Part shown: positions 1 to 12,482 of the stretch, piece by piece
How the letters are laid out: the number at the start of each line of letters is the position of its first letter
Position numbering within the stretch: the stretch's first letter is position 1
Assembly (NCBI GenBank): GCA_053919585.1
Contig: CM132821.1
Strand: one strand, 5' to 3'
From: Euprymna scolopes
Lineage: Eukaryota
Length of the DNA stretch: 64,000 bases
Position numbers and translations under genes: made by a program
Notes under the pieces: generated by a model
Database searches by the model: none
Seen by the model: only the letters and a program-made list of their open reading frames with translations
What the model was told of the DNA's origin: nothing

Positions 1-643
1 TCAAGTCTGTTGCCAAGGTCGCAGGAAAGATGGTGGGATCCTTCTACCGCTCCAGAAGATATCTCACTACTGATGCAATTCTCTATCTATATAAAAGCCA
101 AGTACGTCCAAGGATGGAATACTGTTGCCATATCTGGGCAGGAGCTGCCAAAAACAGCCTATCATGCCTTGACAGAGTACAAAATAGACTTCGTAGTTTA
201 GTGGGGGATGCCCTTTTCTCTACCCTGCAACCCCTCTCCCACAGAAGAGACGTTGCGAGCCTATCCTTGTTTTATCGTTATTTTCATGGCAGGTGCTCGT
301 CTGAACTCCAATCCCTGGTCCCCCCTCGCCAAACTTTCACGAAAAACACCCGTCTAGCTGAATCCACTGTGAAAAATTTCCCCCACTCTATATCTGTGCC
401 TAAATCAAAACGCGGATTTCATGAGCAAAGCTTCTTTCTTAGAACTGCACGCCTGTGGAACTCTGTTCCGTCTGCCTGCTTCCCTCCGGACTACAACTTG
501 GATGTCTTCAAGTCTAATGTTAACAAATTCCTAATGAACCGCCCCCTTAATTAAACACTTCATAAAATCCCCTCACTAACGTGATGTACTTGCAATAACC
601 CTTATCCCTGAGTGGCTTCCGGGCCTTGATAAGTGGTGATCAC

Positions 644-676
<33 letters not shown>
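1..676 (+). mobile_element. CR1-group LINE 3' end (RT C-terminal region, 3' UTR, poly-A tail); runs off the window start
   Basis: ORF 30..554 is open upstream to the window edge and reads LYLYKSQVRPRMEYCCHIWAGA...LQPLSHRRDVASLSLFYRYFHG...SFFLRTARLWNSVP...FKSNVNKFL, typical of the CR1/L2-group post-RT region. A short 3' UTR leads to A28 at 649-676. A near-identical copy lies at 28995-29690. Confidence 0.9.
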
Positions 677-680
<4 letters not shown>

Positions 681-692
681 GGTTGGATTTTA

Positions 693-1214
693 TCTTCTAT
701 AAATATAAAAGCGAAAATGTATGTATGTATGTGTGTTTGCTTATTCTCTGCGTCTACAAAAGGCTTCTTTCAGAGAAGCGGTCGGTCGGTTCACAACGTT
801 GTAAAACTTTTTATATCACATATAAATCGTAATATCTCACAGTTAACAACGAAGCTCGCCTGCCTATTTAATTTGCTCGATTGCGGGAAGATAAATATTC
901 AATATTTGTCGTTCTCCGCATGTGGGTTAGTCTTTTTTCCTATAACATCTTGGGGGAAAAAAAAGCGTTCAGCAGTAAATGAAATCCCGCAGTCAAACTT
1001 GACCTCATTAACTCATTAAAACGAGCACCTGCTAAATCCAAGTAATTTAATAAATTCAAATGTGTTTCCGTAAGCATGGGGCAATGGTTAACGTCGCACT
1101 TTTTTTTTCACAACTTTGCCTCAACGGTTCGGGTTCGATCCTCATACTTTCTCTTTTTGTTAACCACCCCACACACCTCCAAACACCCGGGTAACGCCGG
1201 GTACACCTCGCTAG
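693..1214 (+). mobile_element. Non-autonomous Helitron
   Basis: A|TC start followed by (TGTA)n; 3' hairpin CCCGGGTAACGCCGGG followed by CTAG|T. The 3' terminus is shared with copies at 37.5-38.4 kb and 40.9-41.4 kb. Confidence 0.75.
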
Positions 1215-1349
1215 TGGTTTTATAAATCCAATTTTGTGTTTTTATAAGGTCGTTCTATTTTCGGGTTCGACTCGAATTGTATTATATATTATTTATTTAT
1301 TTTTTTGGAATCCTTTTGATGTGAGGCTGCATAATTTGTGTATTCATTG

Positions 1350-1620
1350 CAAGCTGTTATCCTCCTCTCAATCATTGTTATTGTTTCCCAATGTTTCGGC
1401 CAACTCATCCTCTGGGCTTCTTAAGGTCGTAAACCGAGACTGTATAGAGATGATGAGTCCCCAGTAATACTATCTTTCATCCTTGTGTTTGTCTCATTAC
1501 GTTTTGGTGAAACAATCGAAACGTAGTGATACAAAACTGATGGGGATAACAGTCCGCAAGGAAATGAATACAAAAATTATGAAAACTAATTTTAAAAGGA
1601 TTAAAAGAAAACAATAATAA
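1350..1620. mobile_element. Degenerate Penelope-like terminal repeat fragments related to hammerhead family A, partly inverted
   Basis: Minus strand reads CCTTAAGAAGCCCAGAGGATGAGTTGGCCGAAACATTGGGAAAC. Plus strand carries the tail GATGGGGATAACAGTCCGCAA shared with the 12 kb, 35 kb and 54 kb copies. Confidence 0.5.
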
Positions 1621-1657
1621 ATAAAATAATATGTAATATCAAAGTTTTATTTATTTA

Positions 1658-1700
1658 CTAGCAGGCCGTGCAGCGTTGCCCAGTCTTAGAATACGTTTCA
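1658..1700 (-). mobile_element. Helitron 3' terminus directly next to the 15-bp satellite
   Basis: Reverse complement reads GGGCAACGCTGCACGGCCTGCTAG|T, matching the family 3' hairpin plus CTAG. Confidence 0.55.
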
Positions 1701-1736
1701 ATATCATATTTTCTTTCATGCTGGTATACTATTTAT

Positions 1737-3565
1737 GAACAAATAAAAAAATGAATAAATAAATGAATAAATAAAAAATAAATAAATAAAAAAATGAATA
1801 AATAAAAAATGAATAAATACAAAATTAATGAATATAAACATGAATAAATGAATAATGAATAAATAAAAAATGAATAAGTAAAAAAATGAATAAAAAATGA
1901 ATAAATAAAAAATTGATGAATATAAAAATGAATAAATAAAAAATGAATAAATGAAAAATAAATAAATAAAAAAATGAATTAATAAAAAATGAATAAATGA
2001 AAAATGAATAAATGAAAAATGAATAAATAAAAAATGAATAAATGAAAAATGAATAAATGAAAAATGAATAAATAAAAAATGAATAAATGAAAAATAAATA
2101 AATGAAAAATGAATAAATAAAAAATGAATAAATGAAAAATGAATAAATAAAAAATGAATAAATAAAAAATGAATAANNNNNNNNNNNNNNNNNNNNNNNN
2201 NNNNNNNNNNNNNNNNNNNNNNNNNNNNNNNNNNNNNNNNNNNNNNNNNNNNNNNNNNNNNNNNNNNNNNNNNNNNNNNNNNNNNNNNNNNNNNNNNNNN
2301 NNNNNTGAATAAATGAAAAATGAATAAATAAAAAATGAATAAATAAAAAATGAATAAATAAAAAATGAATAAATGAAAAATGAATAAATGAAAAATGAAT
2401 AAATAAAAAATGAATAAATGAAAAATAAATAAATAAAAAAATGAATAAATAAAAAATGAATAAATGAAAAATGAATAAATTAAAAATGAATAAATAAAAA
2501 ATGAATAAATAAAAAATGAATATATGAAAAATGAATAAATAAAAAATGAATAAATGAAAAATGAATAAATAAAAAAATGAATAGATGAAAAATGAATAAA
2601 TGAAAAATGAATAAATACAAAACGAATAAATGAAAAATGAATAAATGAAAAATGAATAAATAAAAAATAAATAAATAAAAAATGAATAAATGAAAAATGA
2701 ATAAATGAAAAATGAATAAATAAAACAATGAATAAATGAAAAATAAATAAATGAAAAATGAATAAATAAAAAATGAATAAATAAAAAAATGAATAAATAA
2801 AAAATGAATAAATGAAAAATGAATAAATGACAAATTAATAAATAAAAAAATGAATAAATAAAAAATGAATAAATAAAAAATGAATAAATGAAAAATAAAT
2901 AAATAAAAAATGAATAAATAAAAAAATGAATAAATAAAAAAATGAATAAATAAAAAATGAATAAATGAAAAATGAATAAATAAAAAATAAATAAATGAAA
3001 AATGAATAAATAAAAAATGAATAAATAAAAAATGAATGAATAAAAAATGAATAAATGAAAAATGAATAAATAAAAAAATGAATAAATGAAAAACGAATAA
3101 ATAAAAAATGAATAAATAAAAAATGAATAAATAAAAAATGAATAAATGAAAAATGAATAAATAAAAAATTAATGAATATAAAAATGAATAAATAAAAAAT
3201 GAATAAATGAAAAATGAATAAATGAAAAATGAATAAATAAAAAATGAATAAATAAAAAATGAATAAATAAAAAATGAATAAATGAAAAATGAATAAATAA
3301 AAAATTAATGAATATAAAAATGAATAAATAAAAAATGAATAAATGAAAAATGAATAAATAAAAAATGAATAAATAAAAAATGAATTAATAAAAAATGAAT
3401 AAATAAAAAATGAATAAGTAAAAAATGAATAAAAAATGAATAAATAAAAAATTAATGAATATAAAAATGAATAAATAAAAAATAAATAAATAAAAAATGA
3501 ATAAATAAAAAATGAATAAATAAAAAGATGAATAAAAAAATGAATAAAAAATGAATAAATAAATA
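1737..3565. repeat. Satellite/minisatellite with ~15-bp unit ATGAATAAAT(A/G)AAAA
   Basis: More than 100 tandem units, interrupted by an N gap at about 2178-2305. Confidence 0.97.
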
Positions 3566-3819
3566 ATTTACAAGAACTAATGTTGATAAAAAATATTTCT
3601 ATAGGGTTTGGAATTTGAGAAAATGCGATGCCAGTTTGAACNNNNNNNNNNNNNNNNNNNNNNNNNNNNNNNNNNNNNNNNNNNNNNNNNNNNNNNNNNN
3701 NNNNNNNNNNNNNNNNNNNNNNNNNNNNNNNNNNNNNNNNNNNNNNNNNNNNNNNNNNNNNNNNNNNNNNNNNNNNATATATATCAATCATTATTTAAGA
3801 AGCTCAATATAATTACAGA

Positions 3820-4190
3820 GCAATATAATGAAAAAAGGAAAAAGGCTAATTCCAAAGATCATGGTGTTGACCATCTTATAATTGATTCCTTTAATTCAGT
3901 TGACATTTACAATTCTTGGCAGTATCTGTTTCATAGCGCAAAATCACAAACTTAAATATTATATCAATCAGTTATCAATTATTATATTGCACTTTATTTC
4001 CTTTTGACGGATTGATTTCTGCTATTTCTTCCGATAAGTTGAGCATAATAGAGTCACTGCTTGATTAATTTTGCGTACGAAACAGATATTGTCAAGAATT
4101 GTAAAGGTTAACTGAATTAAAGGAATAAATTATAAGATGGTTAACATCATGAGCTTTGGAATATAGCTTTTTTTCTTTTATATCAGTATC
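3820..4190. mobile_element. Foldback/MITE-like inverted repeat (~125-bp arms)
   Basis: 3830-3945 (...CCATCTTATAATTGATTCCTTTAATTCAGTTGACATTTACAATTCTTGGCAGTATCTGTTTC...) is the diverged reverse complement of 4068-4180. Confidence 0.7.
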
Positions 4191-4644
4191 ATTTGTGACT
4201 TGTGCAAAACATATAAATAGATATTTTTAATCTAGTATAATAGTTAAGTAACTATTGCATATATTTAAATATAACAAAAGACGCATCAGCGCTTTAAACC
4301 ACAATCAGAACCGACGTATATATTTACGTTAATAGTTAGTTAATACTATTATATACATGTATGTTTAGGTGATATGTATTGTTACATTTATTTAATAAAT
4401 ATTAGAACAAAAACTCTGTAACATTAATTATTGAACACCTTGTATCTGTCTATTTGTTTTATAGGCGAACACATAACAGAAACCCATATTTGTAGATTCG
4501 ATCTATCCCACATTATTTTTTTTCAAATTTATGTACGACTGGACAGGACAAATCTTAGTTCTCATTTGGCTGATGTAACCGTTGTCTTCTTAGTGCCAAA
4601 AGGACGTGTGGCGTAGTCGATGAAGTATTTGACAATATCCAGTT

Positions 4645-4988
4645 GTAAAGAAACACTCGTCTAGCTGAAAACACTATCAATAATTTCCCCCCCAATGTTT
4701 ATCTCTGCCTAAACATAAACGTAGATTCCATGAACAAAGCTTCTTTCTTAGAACTGCACGCCTGTGAAATTGTCTTCCGTTTTCCTGCTTTCCGGCTGAC
4801 TGCAATATGGTGGTCTTCACGTCTAACAAATAAGTTCATGATGAGCCGTTCCATATAAGTTAACAAATTTACCGAATTTTCATTACTAATGATTACTATA
4901 CTGTCCAACTTCTACTGTACACTGTTTAACCCTTATCGTCGAGTGACCTCTTGGCCTTGATAATGTGGTGATGTCTGTGTAAAAAAAT
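4645..4988 (+). mobile_element. Degraded CR1-group LINE 3' fragment
   Basis: Homologous to 345-660 (CATGAACAAAGCTTCTTTCTTAGAACTGCACGCCTGTG; AACCCTTATC...GCCTTGATAA...TGTGTAAAAAAA). Confidence 0.8.
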
Positions 4989-5439
4989 GTTACACTTTTC
5001 AAGAGGTTTAAGGTCTAGTATTCAGTGCCGAGTACACGAAAATACAAGTGGATTTCTCATTTTGAATGTGACATTTATAAACGATATGGTATCGACCAGT
5101 CTATTTCAATACTAAGTCCAGACTAATACAATTTTGAGAGAGGTCGTATAAAATACAATATAAAATGAGACAGACCAACAAAAGGAAACCCTTGGAGTTT
5201 TCTGAGCAAAGAGATTGAGAAACAAAATTAAAGAGTGCAAACATTTTATATAAAACTGAAGTCTGGGAAAACTATTAAAACGATATCTTTAACATATAAA
5301 CGTGACTGGAAAAAAATGTTATTTCAAACTTATGTGTTATATACCAACAAAAACTATATTTTAAATATACGTACACGATCAAGACAATCGTAGTTCATAT
5401 ATAGAGTGCTAACTTCACGAATATTTAGTCGATGTATCC

Positions 5440-5620
5440 TCCGGCTTTTTAGTGCCTCAAGGACATTTGACGCAGTGGATAAAGTATTTGGTAAAGTCTA
5501 GTCATAAGTTGCACACTTAGCCTGTATATTAAATTTCGAGTCTGTAGACTGAAAATTGACAGTTCTTGCGTAGGGAAATTACACACACACACACATGTTC
5601 ACTTGTATATATGTAATAGA
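5440..5620 (-). mobile_element. Helitron 5' fragment, same family as 37.5-38.4 kb
   Basis: Reverse complement contains GTCAATTTTCAGTCTACAGACTCGAAATTT as at 38030-38060, with a (TG)n tract near a TC start. Confidence 0.6.
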
Positions 5621-6069
5621 TAGGTAGACATTAGGGGAATTTTCATGAATTCTTATCTAGCCTAATCTTCAGTGCAGGAAACGCTCAAAACGCAATTGCG
5701 AATTACTTAGGAATTCTACTCAATCATAGCTGCCACAAAGCGTGGATGGAATCGGCAAGTATTGAATAAAATGCACCGTTATAAATTCTGTGCAGATTTT
5801 TTAAGTTTAACAAGATACATTCGAAGAAAGCCGAAGGTTACATCGATCGTAACGTAGTGAAAAGAACATTCAACATAAGACTAGTAATCCACAGAATCCA
5901 TAATCAATCCTCATCTAAAAATTCAGAAACACAGATTTCAGTTGTACATTCATTCCATTACACACCCAGTAGGTATGACTGTGGAAAATATAGTTGTTCG
6001 TCAATATATTTGGAGTCTACGATAATTTCTGGGCTCATAATCATTTCATTTATTTTCGTATGTTATAAT

Positions 6070-6822
6070 CGTTTTATTGGTCCCCCGAAAAAAGGGGGTT
6101 AGAACGGTAAATTCACCCTTGTCCGTTCGTTCGTTCGTCTTTTCTCAATTGCTACGCCTTAGATTTTTTTGGAAATTTTGCACAAACATTAAACATGATA
6201 TGAGTAAAAAAAAGTAACAGAACGGGTTTTCCGGAAAAAAAAAACTCAGGTCGCTCTCCTCCCACTTCAGGATGGCTTTCGGGTAAAAATGGCTAAAATT
6301 GAGACTTTAGTGGTTATTAAAAAAGAGTCATGCTTTGGATTTTTATAATACTTTCTGAAAAAGTTGTGACTAACTGATTTCAATATAATTTTCTTGTCTA
6401 TATTTCGGGATAACTTTTGGGTGTGCCCCAAGGGCTCTTGTATGGCTCTTAAAACACTCGATTGTTTTGTTTTATTTTACTATTTTACCATATGTGTCAA
6501 ACATTTTCTTTATGCCTATTTAGCAGTTTTGCATGGTGCTGAACTCAAATCTAAATATATTGGGAACTTTTGGGACTTAATGGGTGGAGTGAATGATAGA
6601 CTTCGTCGTTTCTTTTTTTTATGGTGCAGAAGTCAAATTTACATATGTTAAGGCCTAAAACTGCACCGTTTGTTCATTTTCAATTTAACGTTCCCTGAAG
6701 ACTTTTGGTGCTAGATGGTGGGGGGGGATAATGCTGAACTTTTTTATTTTTGTCATTTTTTATACCTCGTTCACTGTGCACTCATGGGGGCCATGCATGC
6801 TTGCATGCTTATCTTGTTTATT
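6070..6822 (+). mobile_element. DINE-1/HINE-like non-autonomous Helentron
   Basis: T-rich start with a short hairpin (CCCCCGAAAAAGGGGG), a (GTCC/GTTC)n microsatellite near the 5' end, and a 3' block CCTCGTTCACTGTGCACTC...GCATGC...CTTGTTT. A second copy lies on the minus strand at 24605-25165. Confidence 0.6.
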
Positions 6823-6932
6823 TTATTAATTATTTTTTAGTATCAAATCACAGTAATATCCCACTGGGAATCCATGCCGTCTTTTATCATAACTTGCATT
6901 GTTTCTAAACTTTCTCTTACTTATGAAATATA

Positions 6933-6992
<60 letters not shown>

Positions 6993-6993
<1 letters not shown>

Positions 6994-9570
6994 TAGCATG
7001 GGTACCAAGCGTTGCCTGGCTTGACATAAAGTTCTGTTTGAAACACACCTGTATACTAATCATTTTCATCATGGATAGTCCCACAACAAAAATAAAAGTA
7101 CGGACGAAAACATGTAAATGTAATCGCCAAAAAAAAAAGAAGTAGGTGATACACTTTCCCACCAGATATTTCAGCAGAAGGCCTACAAAGAGAAGAAACT
7201 GTTCTCCGGATATTGAGCATTGGAAAGATTCCCCCTGCAAAGAAAAGAAAATTAAAAATAAATCATTACAACTTCTGTTTCAATAAAAATAGCAGCGAAT
7301 GCCCGTGCGATCGCAAAAACAAAAGGAAAAAAAAGATCTACCAAAAATTAATTAAAAAAAAAAATAAAATGACATTTTGCGTCATTTTATATTTTTAATG
7401 TAATCCTCCCCCCCCCCAAAAAAAATTTGAATTTCTCACATAATGGGGTTAGTTCTGTTTATAAAATTTTTAAGTGAAAGTACATAATGGTTTCATAAAA
7501 ATTAATTAAATTTATCGTTATTATATGTTTCAAATGTAATTCCTGTCCCCCCACCACCTGAAAAAACAAAAAGTTTTTGTATTTGTCATGTTTTGCCCCC
7601 CTCCTCGATCGCCAAACTTGAAAAAATGCTAGAGACGACATGTCTGGTTTAACGCTTTGTGGCCAAAGAGTGGGTGCTCATTTTATGATAAATTTATATA
7701 GAAAACTTATCCCCATGCCAAAATGTTAATTTTTTTTCTAAATTTCTTATTTCATATTATTTATAAAGACTGCTTAAACGTATTAGGCCACAAAAAACCA
7801 GGTCTTAATTTTTTTGGTCGATTTCATGTGTCTTTCCAACTCCCCCAAAAACTTTAAAATAACGACTTTTAATGGTTTCCTATGGTGCTGAAAACGAATA
7901 TTATGTTTAAATTTTGGGCAGATAAGTAGTTTTCATGATATGAAGAAATTACTGTTTCAAAAAGTGGGGGATCACTTTCCTATATAATTTTAACGTAAAA
8001 TTAGCACCCACTTTCTGGTCACCTAGTAATTTCTTCATGTCATATAACAAATTTAACTGTGATATTATTTTTCAGTACTCACGAAAATTGGCGCTCTTTC
8101 TTTTCTACTAAGAGATGTGTTCATTTTTTCATCTCATAATTTAGGACGCTTATTATGCTGTTAGTAAGTTTACAAAAGCATACTTTTGTTTTTCGTTCTT
8201 TTTTTCATTATAGAACTTGTATAGTTGTTAACAGGTGCCTCTGCAGTTTAACATTTCACAAAAAATCTGTTTACATTAGGAGCCAGTTAAGTAAAATACA
8301 TGAGCACCTGGTAAAAACTATACAAATTCTATAATTGAATATCCACCTCAAAAAAAAAAAATATATATATATTTGTAAACCGTTCGTGTAAGCTTACTGA
8401 CAGCATTATTTACGTCCTAAATTATGAAAACATAAACGAATCTCTTAGTAAGACAACAGCGCCGGTTTTTGGTGGTGCTGAAAACGAATATGACAGTTAA
8501 AGTTGTTTAATGATATGAAGAAATTATTAGGTGATTAGAAAGCCGGCGCCAATTTTACGTTAAATTTATATAGGTAAGTGATCCCTAACTCTTTGAAAAA
8601 ATAATTTTTCATATCATGTTAACTACTTATCTGCCCCAAATTTAAATGTGATATTCGTTTTTAGCACCATCGAATGTCATTAAAGTTGTAATTTTAAGTT
8701 TTGAGGGGAGTTGGAAAAGAAACTTGGCATTGGCCATTTTGTTCTAGGGATACAACGACGCTGGGTCAGTTCGTAAAAGTTGAGCATTTTTAATTTAAGA
8801 TATTAAAAAAATTATAAAGAAAATCTGTTTCGCAGGCAATTAAATACACTTTCTATGGTATAATTATTATAATAAATCCTGGGCGACACCGATTAAATTT
8901 TATAAACAAAAAGAGTAGAGGATGATGGAGTTTTTTCACATGTGTCTCTGACTAACTCTGCTCTCGTGAGGATGCAAGTAAAAGAGGACATTAGTTTTAA
9001 TTATTTTCTCTAACAAATAAAAAAGGTTGCTTAAAAATTTAGAATAAGCGAAAAAAAATTCCTCCGAATTAAAAATAAAAATAATAATTCAACTTAGAAT
9101 AATATTTCGAAATGAAAACAAATATTTAATAACGTGCTCTATTTTAATTAAACTATCATTTATTTCCCTTTTGGTTTTCTGGTTTTTGGTTTTAAAATAA
9201 AACGGCTTCAGATTTCAGATAAAATCAGTTAAATTAAATATAACTTTAACTTTAAATAAACTAAATAATTAATTCTTTTAATTAGTGCAATTGAAGCAAA
9301 GCTATTATGTCAAATAAGTAATGCCATCGAGGTAAGTATTTAAATAGATTTACTTTAATGTGATATGTTAATGACCGTAACTCAATAATGTAAATGTGGT
9401 TTGAAGAATGCTATATATTGAAAGTCCGTATACAATATAATGTCTCTTTTGACAGAAGTATCCTTACATGGACATGATTATTTCTTGACCAGGAGAGGTG
9501 TACACACATTTGGCCTTTATATTTCTTTAGTCATTGGGAGTTGTATACACAGACACACACGCACACTACA

Positions 9571-9575
<5 letters not shown>
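6993..9575 (-). mobile_element. Non-autonomous Helitron flanked by (TA)n and carrying a ~1.4-kb extra segment
   Basis: 3' end CCAGGCAACGCTTGGTACCCATGCTAG on the minus strand. 6993-7305 and 8745-9575 are colinear with the plus-strand copy at 55750-57143. Confidence 0.8.
7815..8736. mobile_element. Long foldback element (~420-bp inverted arms, ~60-bp spacer) nested in the Helitron
   Basis: 7815-8240 is the diverged reverse complement of 8303-8736 (e.g. TCTTTCCAACTCCCC/GGGGAGTTGGAAAAGA; GGGCAGATAAGTAGTT/AACTACTTATCTGCCC; TCATAATTTAGGACG/CGTCCTAAATTATGA). Confidence 0.85.
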
Positions 9576-9631
<56 letters not shown>

Positions 9632-9979
9632 CGAAATAAATTGAAATTAATCGGATCATAATCGGACGAATGAATATGATGTAGGAAAAATGACCAGTTT
9701 AACCTAAACAGCCTGAGTTAAACTGCAACTAACATATAGCCATTTACTCTTTATACGCATGCGTGAAAACCCACAGAATTGAACAGACATCACGATAAAC
9801 AAATCGGGTTGCCAAATAATACATAATTCATATCGTTTTTAGATTGGAGATCTTTTAAAAGAACGCAGTTTATATGAAAATATTATTACCTACTGACCTG
9901 TGGGCCATGAAGAGATTCCAGACATTACGAAAAATAATTCGTTAGCGGATGTGCTAGATATAACAAAAAATATTCACAA

Positions 9980-11551
9980 CTAGCAGGGAGGCTTGACGTT
10001 ACCTGGGATTGAATGAGAATCAAGGAATGATCTACACTTTTTTTATTAATTCAATTTTCATCCCAAACAAGGCACAGTTCCATTTTGAAGTAGGGGACTA
10101 CTATCGGGGACATAAGCTGCAGGGGTATTATGAAGGAAAATAGGTAGCAAGATGTTTGTTTACATTACACTTGAACTTCTGCATGTCAGTACAGTTAAGA
10201 AAGCAGAATCTCGGAAGGGTGTTCCAAAGTCTTGCAGTTATGGGGAAGAACTATTGGAGTAGAAAGCTTTCTTACACCTAGGGATCTCTACTGTGAAGGG
10301 GTGGGACTTGGCTGCTTATCGGGTTTGTCGGGGGTATTCACGTCGAGAGGTACAAATGCTTGTAGTTTGTCAGCGTATTCGCCATTAAAGTACTTTCATG
10401 TAGAACAGGCAAAAGGGATGCAATATTTCGTCGATGGGACAGAGGCTGAAGCTTAGATGACAGTTCAGGACCTATCAGGTTGGTGACTCTCTTTTGAACC
10501 CTGTCAAGAAGTGAGAGACAATAGCAGATGCACCAGCCCAAATGTGATAACAGTAACCCATACAAAGACGAACGGTGGCCTTATAGAGGTAGATGATACT
10601 TTCAGGCGTAAGTAATTTTCTAGCACAGTAGGGAGAGCCCACCTTCTTCGCAGCAGGCTTGGCAATGCTCTCAAAGTATCTATTCCAGTTCATGTTGCCT
10701 GTAAACGTTAGGCCGAGGAGTTAAAAAGAAAGTACTTTCGGGTAATGTGCTCTTGGCCATTGCTATAGGCGGTAGTGAAGGTTGCTTGTAATTATTACCG
10801 GAAACAAGCTTAGTCTTGGGGGCATCGAATGTGACCATCCATTTTTGTCCCCATTCCACTACATATTGGAGGGCATCCTCTAGTGTTTCTGGCATTTCTT
10901 TAGATATGTGTTCATGTGTGTTCCCCTTTTCCCTTTCCCCTTTTCCCCTTCTAATGCTTATGTAATTGAAAGCGGTTAAATCGGTCATGTGTTAATCAAA
11001 TTGATTGATTGCCTGCTCTAGTTGCAAACTCACTGTGTCGCACCAGGTAGGAGCTCACACGCTTCCTCAGTGTGAAATAATTGATAATAAATACATTGTA
11101 GCCTACTTTATACTATCAAGAATGTGATTTTGATTTTATGAAATTCTTTTTGCATAATGGTTTATGCTAAAGTTTAAATAAAAATGCAAGTATAATTTTT
11201 CAACCGAGCTTAAAATAGAAACATTATTTCGAACGCGCACATGTCATATAAAATAACTTACTGTTGATTTTGTACGCCGTCTCCTTTTGCTTCTGTGGTG
11301 ATAAAACTTCTTAATTGCACTCATGATGGTAGGTCAAAATACAGCTGTTCCGTCTTTAGTCATATTATTTCGATTATTGATGTTCGATACTTATCGGAAA
11401 CATTCCGATACTAAAACACTTCTATATATATGTGGAATATTTGTGTGATTATGTTAATCCGTCGAGTTGTTTGGGAGTCCATAAGGAACAAATTCTATCA
11501 CACACATAAGGCACACACACAGACAAATTATGTTTTATATATAAGTAAAGA
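9980..11551 (-). mobile_element. Non-autonomous Helitron-like element interrupted by a CR1 fragment
   Basis: CTAG plus degenerate hairpin at 9980-10008. 10990-11550 is homologous to 27850-28560 and has a (CA)-rich 5' region. Confidence 0.55.
10037..10905 (-). mobile_element. Degraded CR1-group LINE 3' fragment (second subfamily)
   Basis: Frameshifted peptides VVEWGQKWMVTFDAPKTKL, NWNRYFESIAKPAAKKVG, YLYKATVRLCMGYCYHIWAGA, LQPLSHRRNIAS, TARLWNTLP; T-tract at about 10037. Confidence 0.85.
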
Positions 11552-12029
11552 TTGCATTCTGTTTAAAAATAGCGAATCTTTATTCTAAGTCAACTTATGT
11601 CAATGGAGATAAATCAGTTTGTCATATTGAATTTGTTGCATAGCTTTCCCAGATTAAAATATACAATAAACTATTTTATTACGTGAATTTCATTTGAGAC
11701 TTGTTATTGTTCCTACTGGACCAGATTCGTTATTTTGGATGTTATACTCATTTCTATGTTGCATATGTAAGTAGCAATAGTTTCACTTGAAATGCGTTGG
11801 CGTAAAAATATACAATCCACACCAACACTCTTCATTCTATACAGTTGTGGAACGATAAAAGTGTCGCCCTCAATAAAACAACACTATAGTTTGATTTTAA
11901 AACATTGGGAACATAAATCGAGGAAACTTGATTATGTAGTAGAGCTGGCATCTATTCAAGTAAACGCTACTTCAGTCTTGACAGACTATGGATACCCACC
12001 GTGAAATTTTGTAGTAAGAGAATTGTTGT

Positions 12030-12300
12030 GTAGCGGTTTTAATCCTACCCAAAACCGGCCAGAGGCTTACTTGGCCAATACGTATTGAGACGACAACAAC
12101 TATGACTGGCAGTAATCACTGAAATGCCGGTAGGAGATTCGGAGTTCCTATCTCATCGTGGTTACCACCTGACGAATGCTAGAGGAATACTTAGCCGAAA
12201 CGTCGTCAAAAAACATCTAAGATAAAGATTAGGATAACAGTCCGCATTAAATAAAATTAATAAATAATAGTAATCTCAATAAGGAATTCCAATTAAATAA
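12030..12300 (+). mobile_element. Hammerhead-bearing repeat family A (Penelope-like terminal repeat), copy 1
   Basis: Homologous to 54520-54752 and contains CTGACGA...GCCGAAACGTC. Confidence 0.7.
12161..12207 (+). ncRNA. Minimal type I hammerhead ribozyme motif (family A); core intact, stems imperfect
   Basis: CAC-CTGACGA-A-TGCTA GAGGAATACT TAGCC-GAA-ACGT-C, giving a GUC cleavage triplet. Confidence 0.55.
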
Positions 12301-12482
12301 TATATATACCATTCGGTATGAACTCGACGATGGAAAATCAGACATAAAAATAAACGTAGATTTATAAGACCAACAAATCCTACCTTTATCGCCTTTCGGA
12401 ACCCGTGGCGCAGTTGATAGAGACGTTAAATCTCTACGTTTCTAGGTGAGAACTATTTGAGGATAGCAGTTGCAATTCTCAA

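Noticed and set aside
2480-3955. Long F/I/Y/L-rich ORFs
   Set aside because: Translations of the 15-bp satellite and N gaps.
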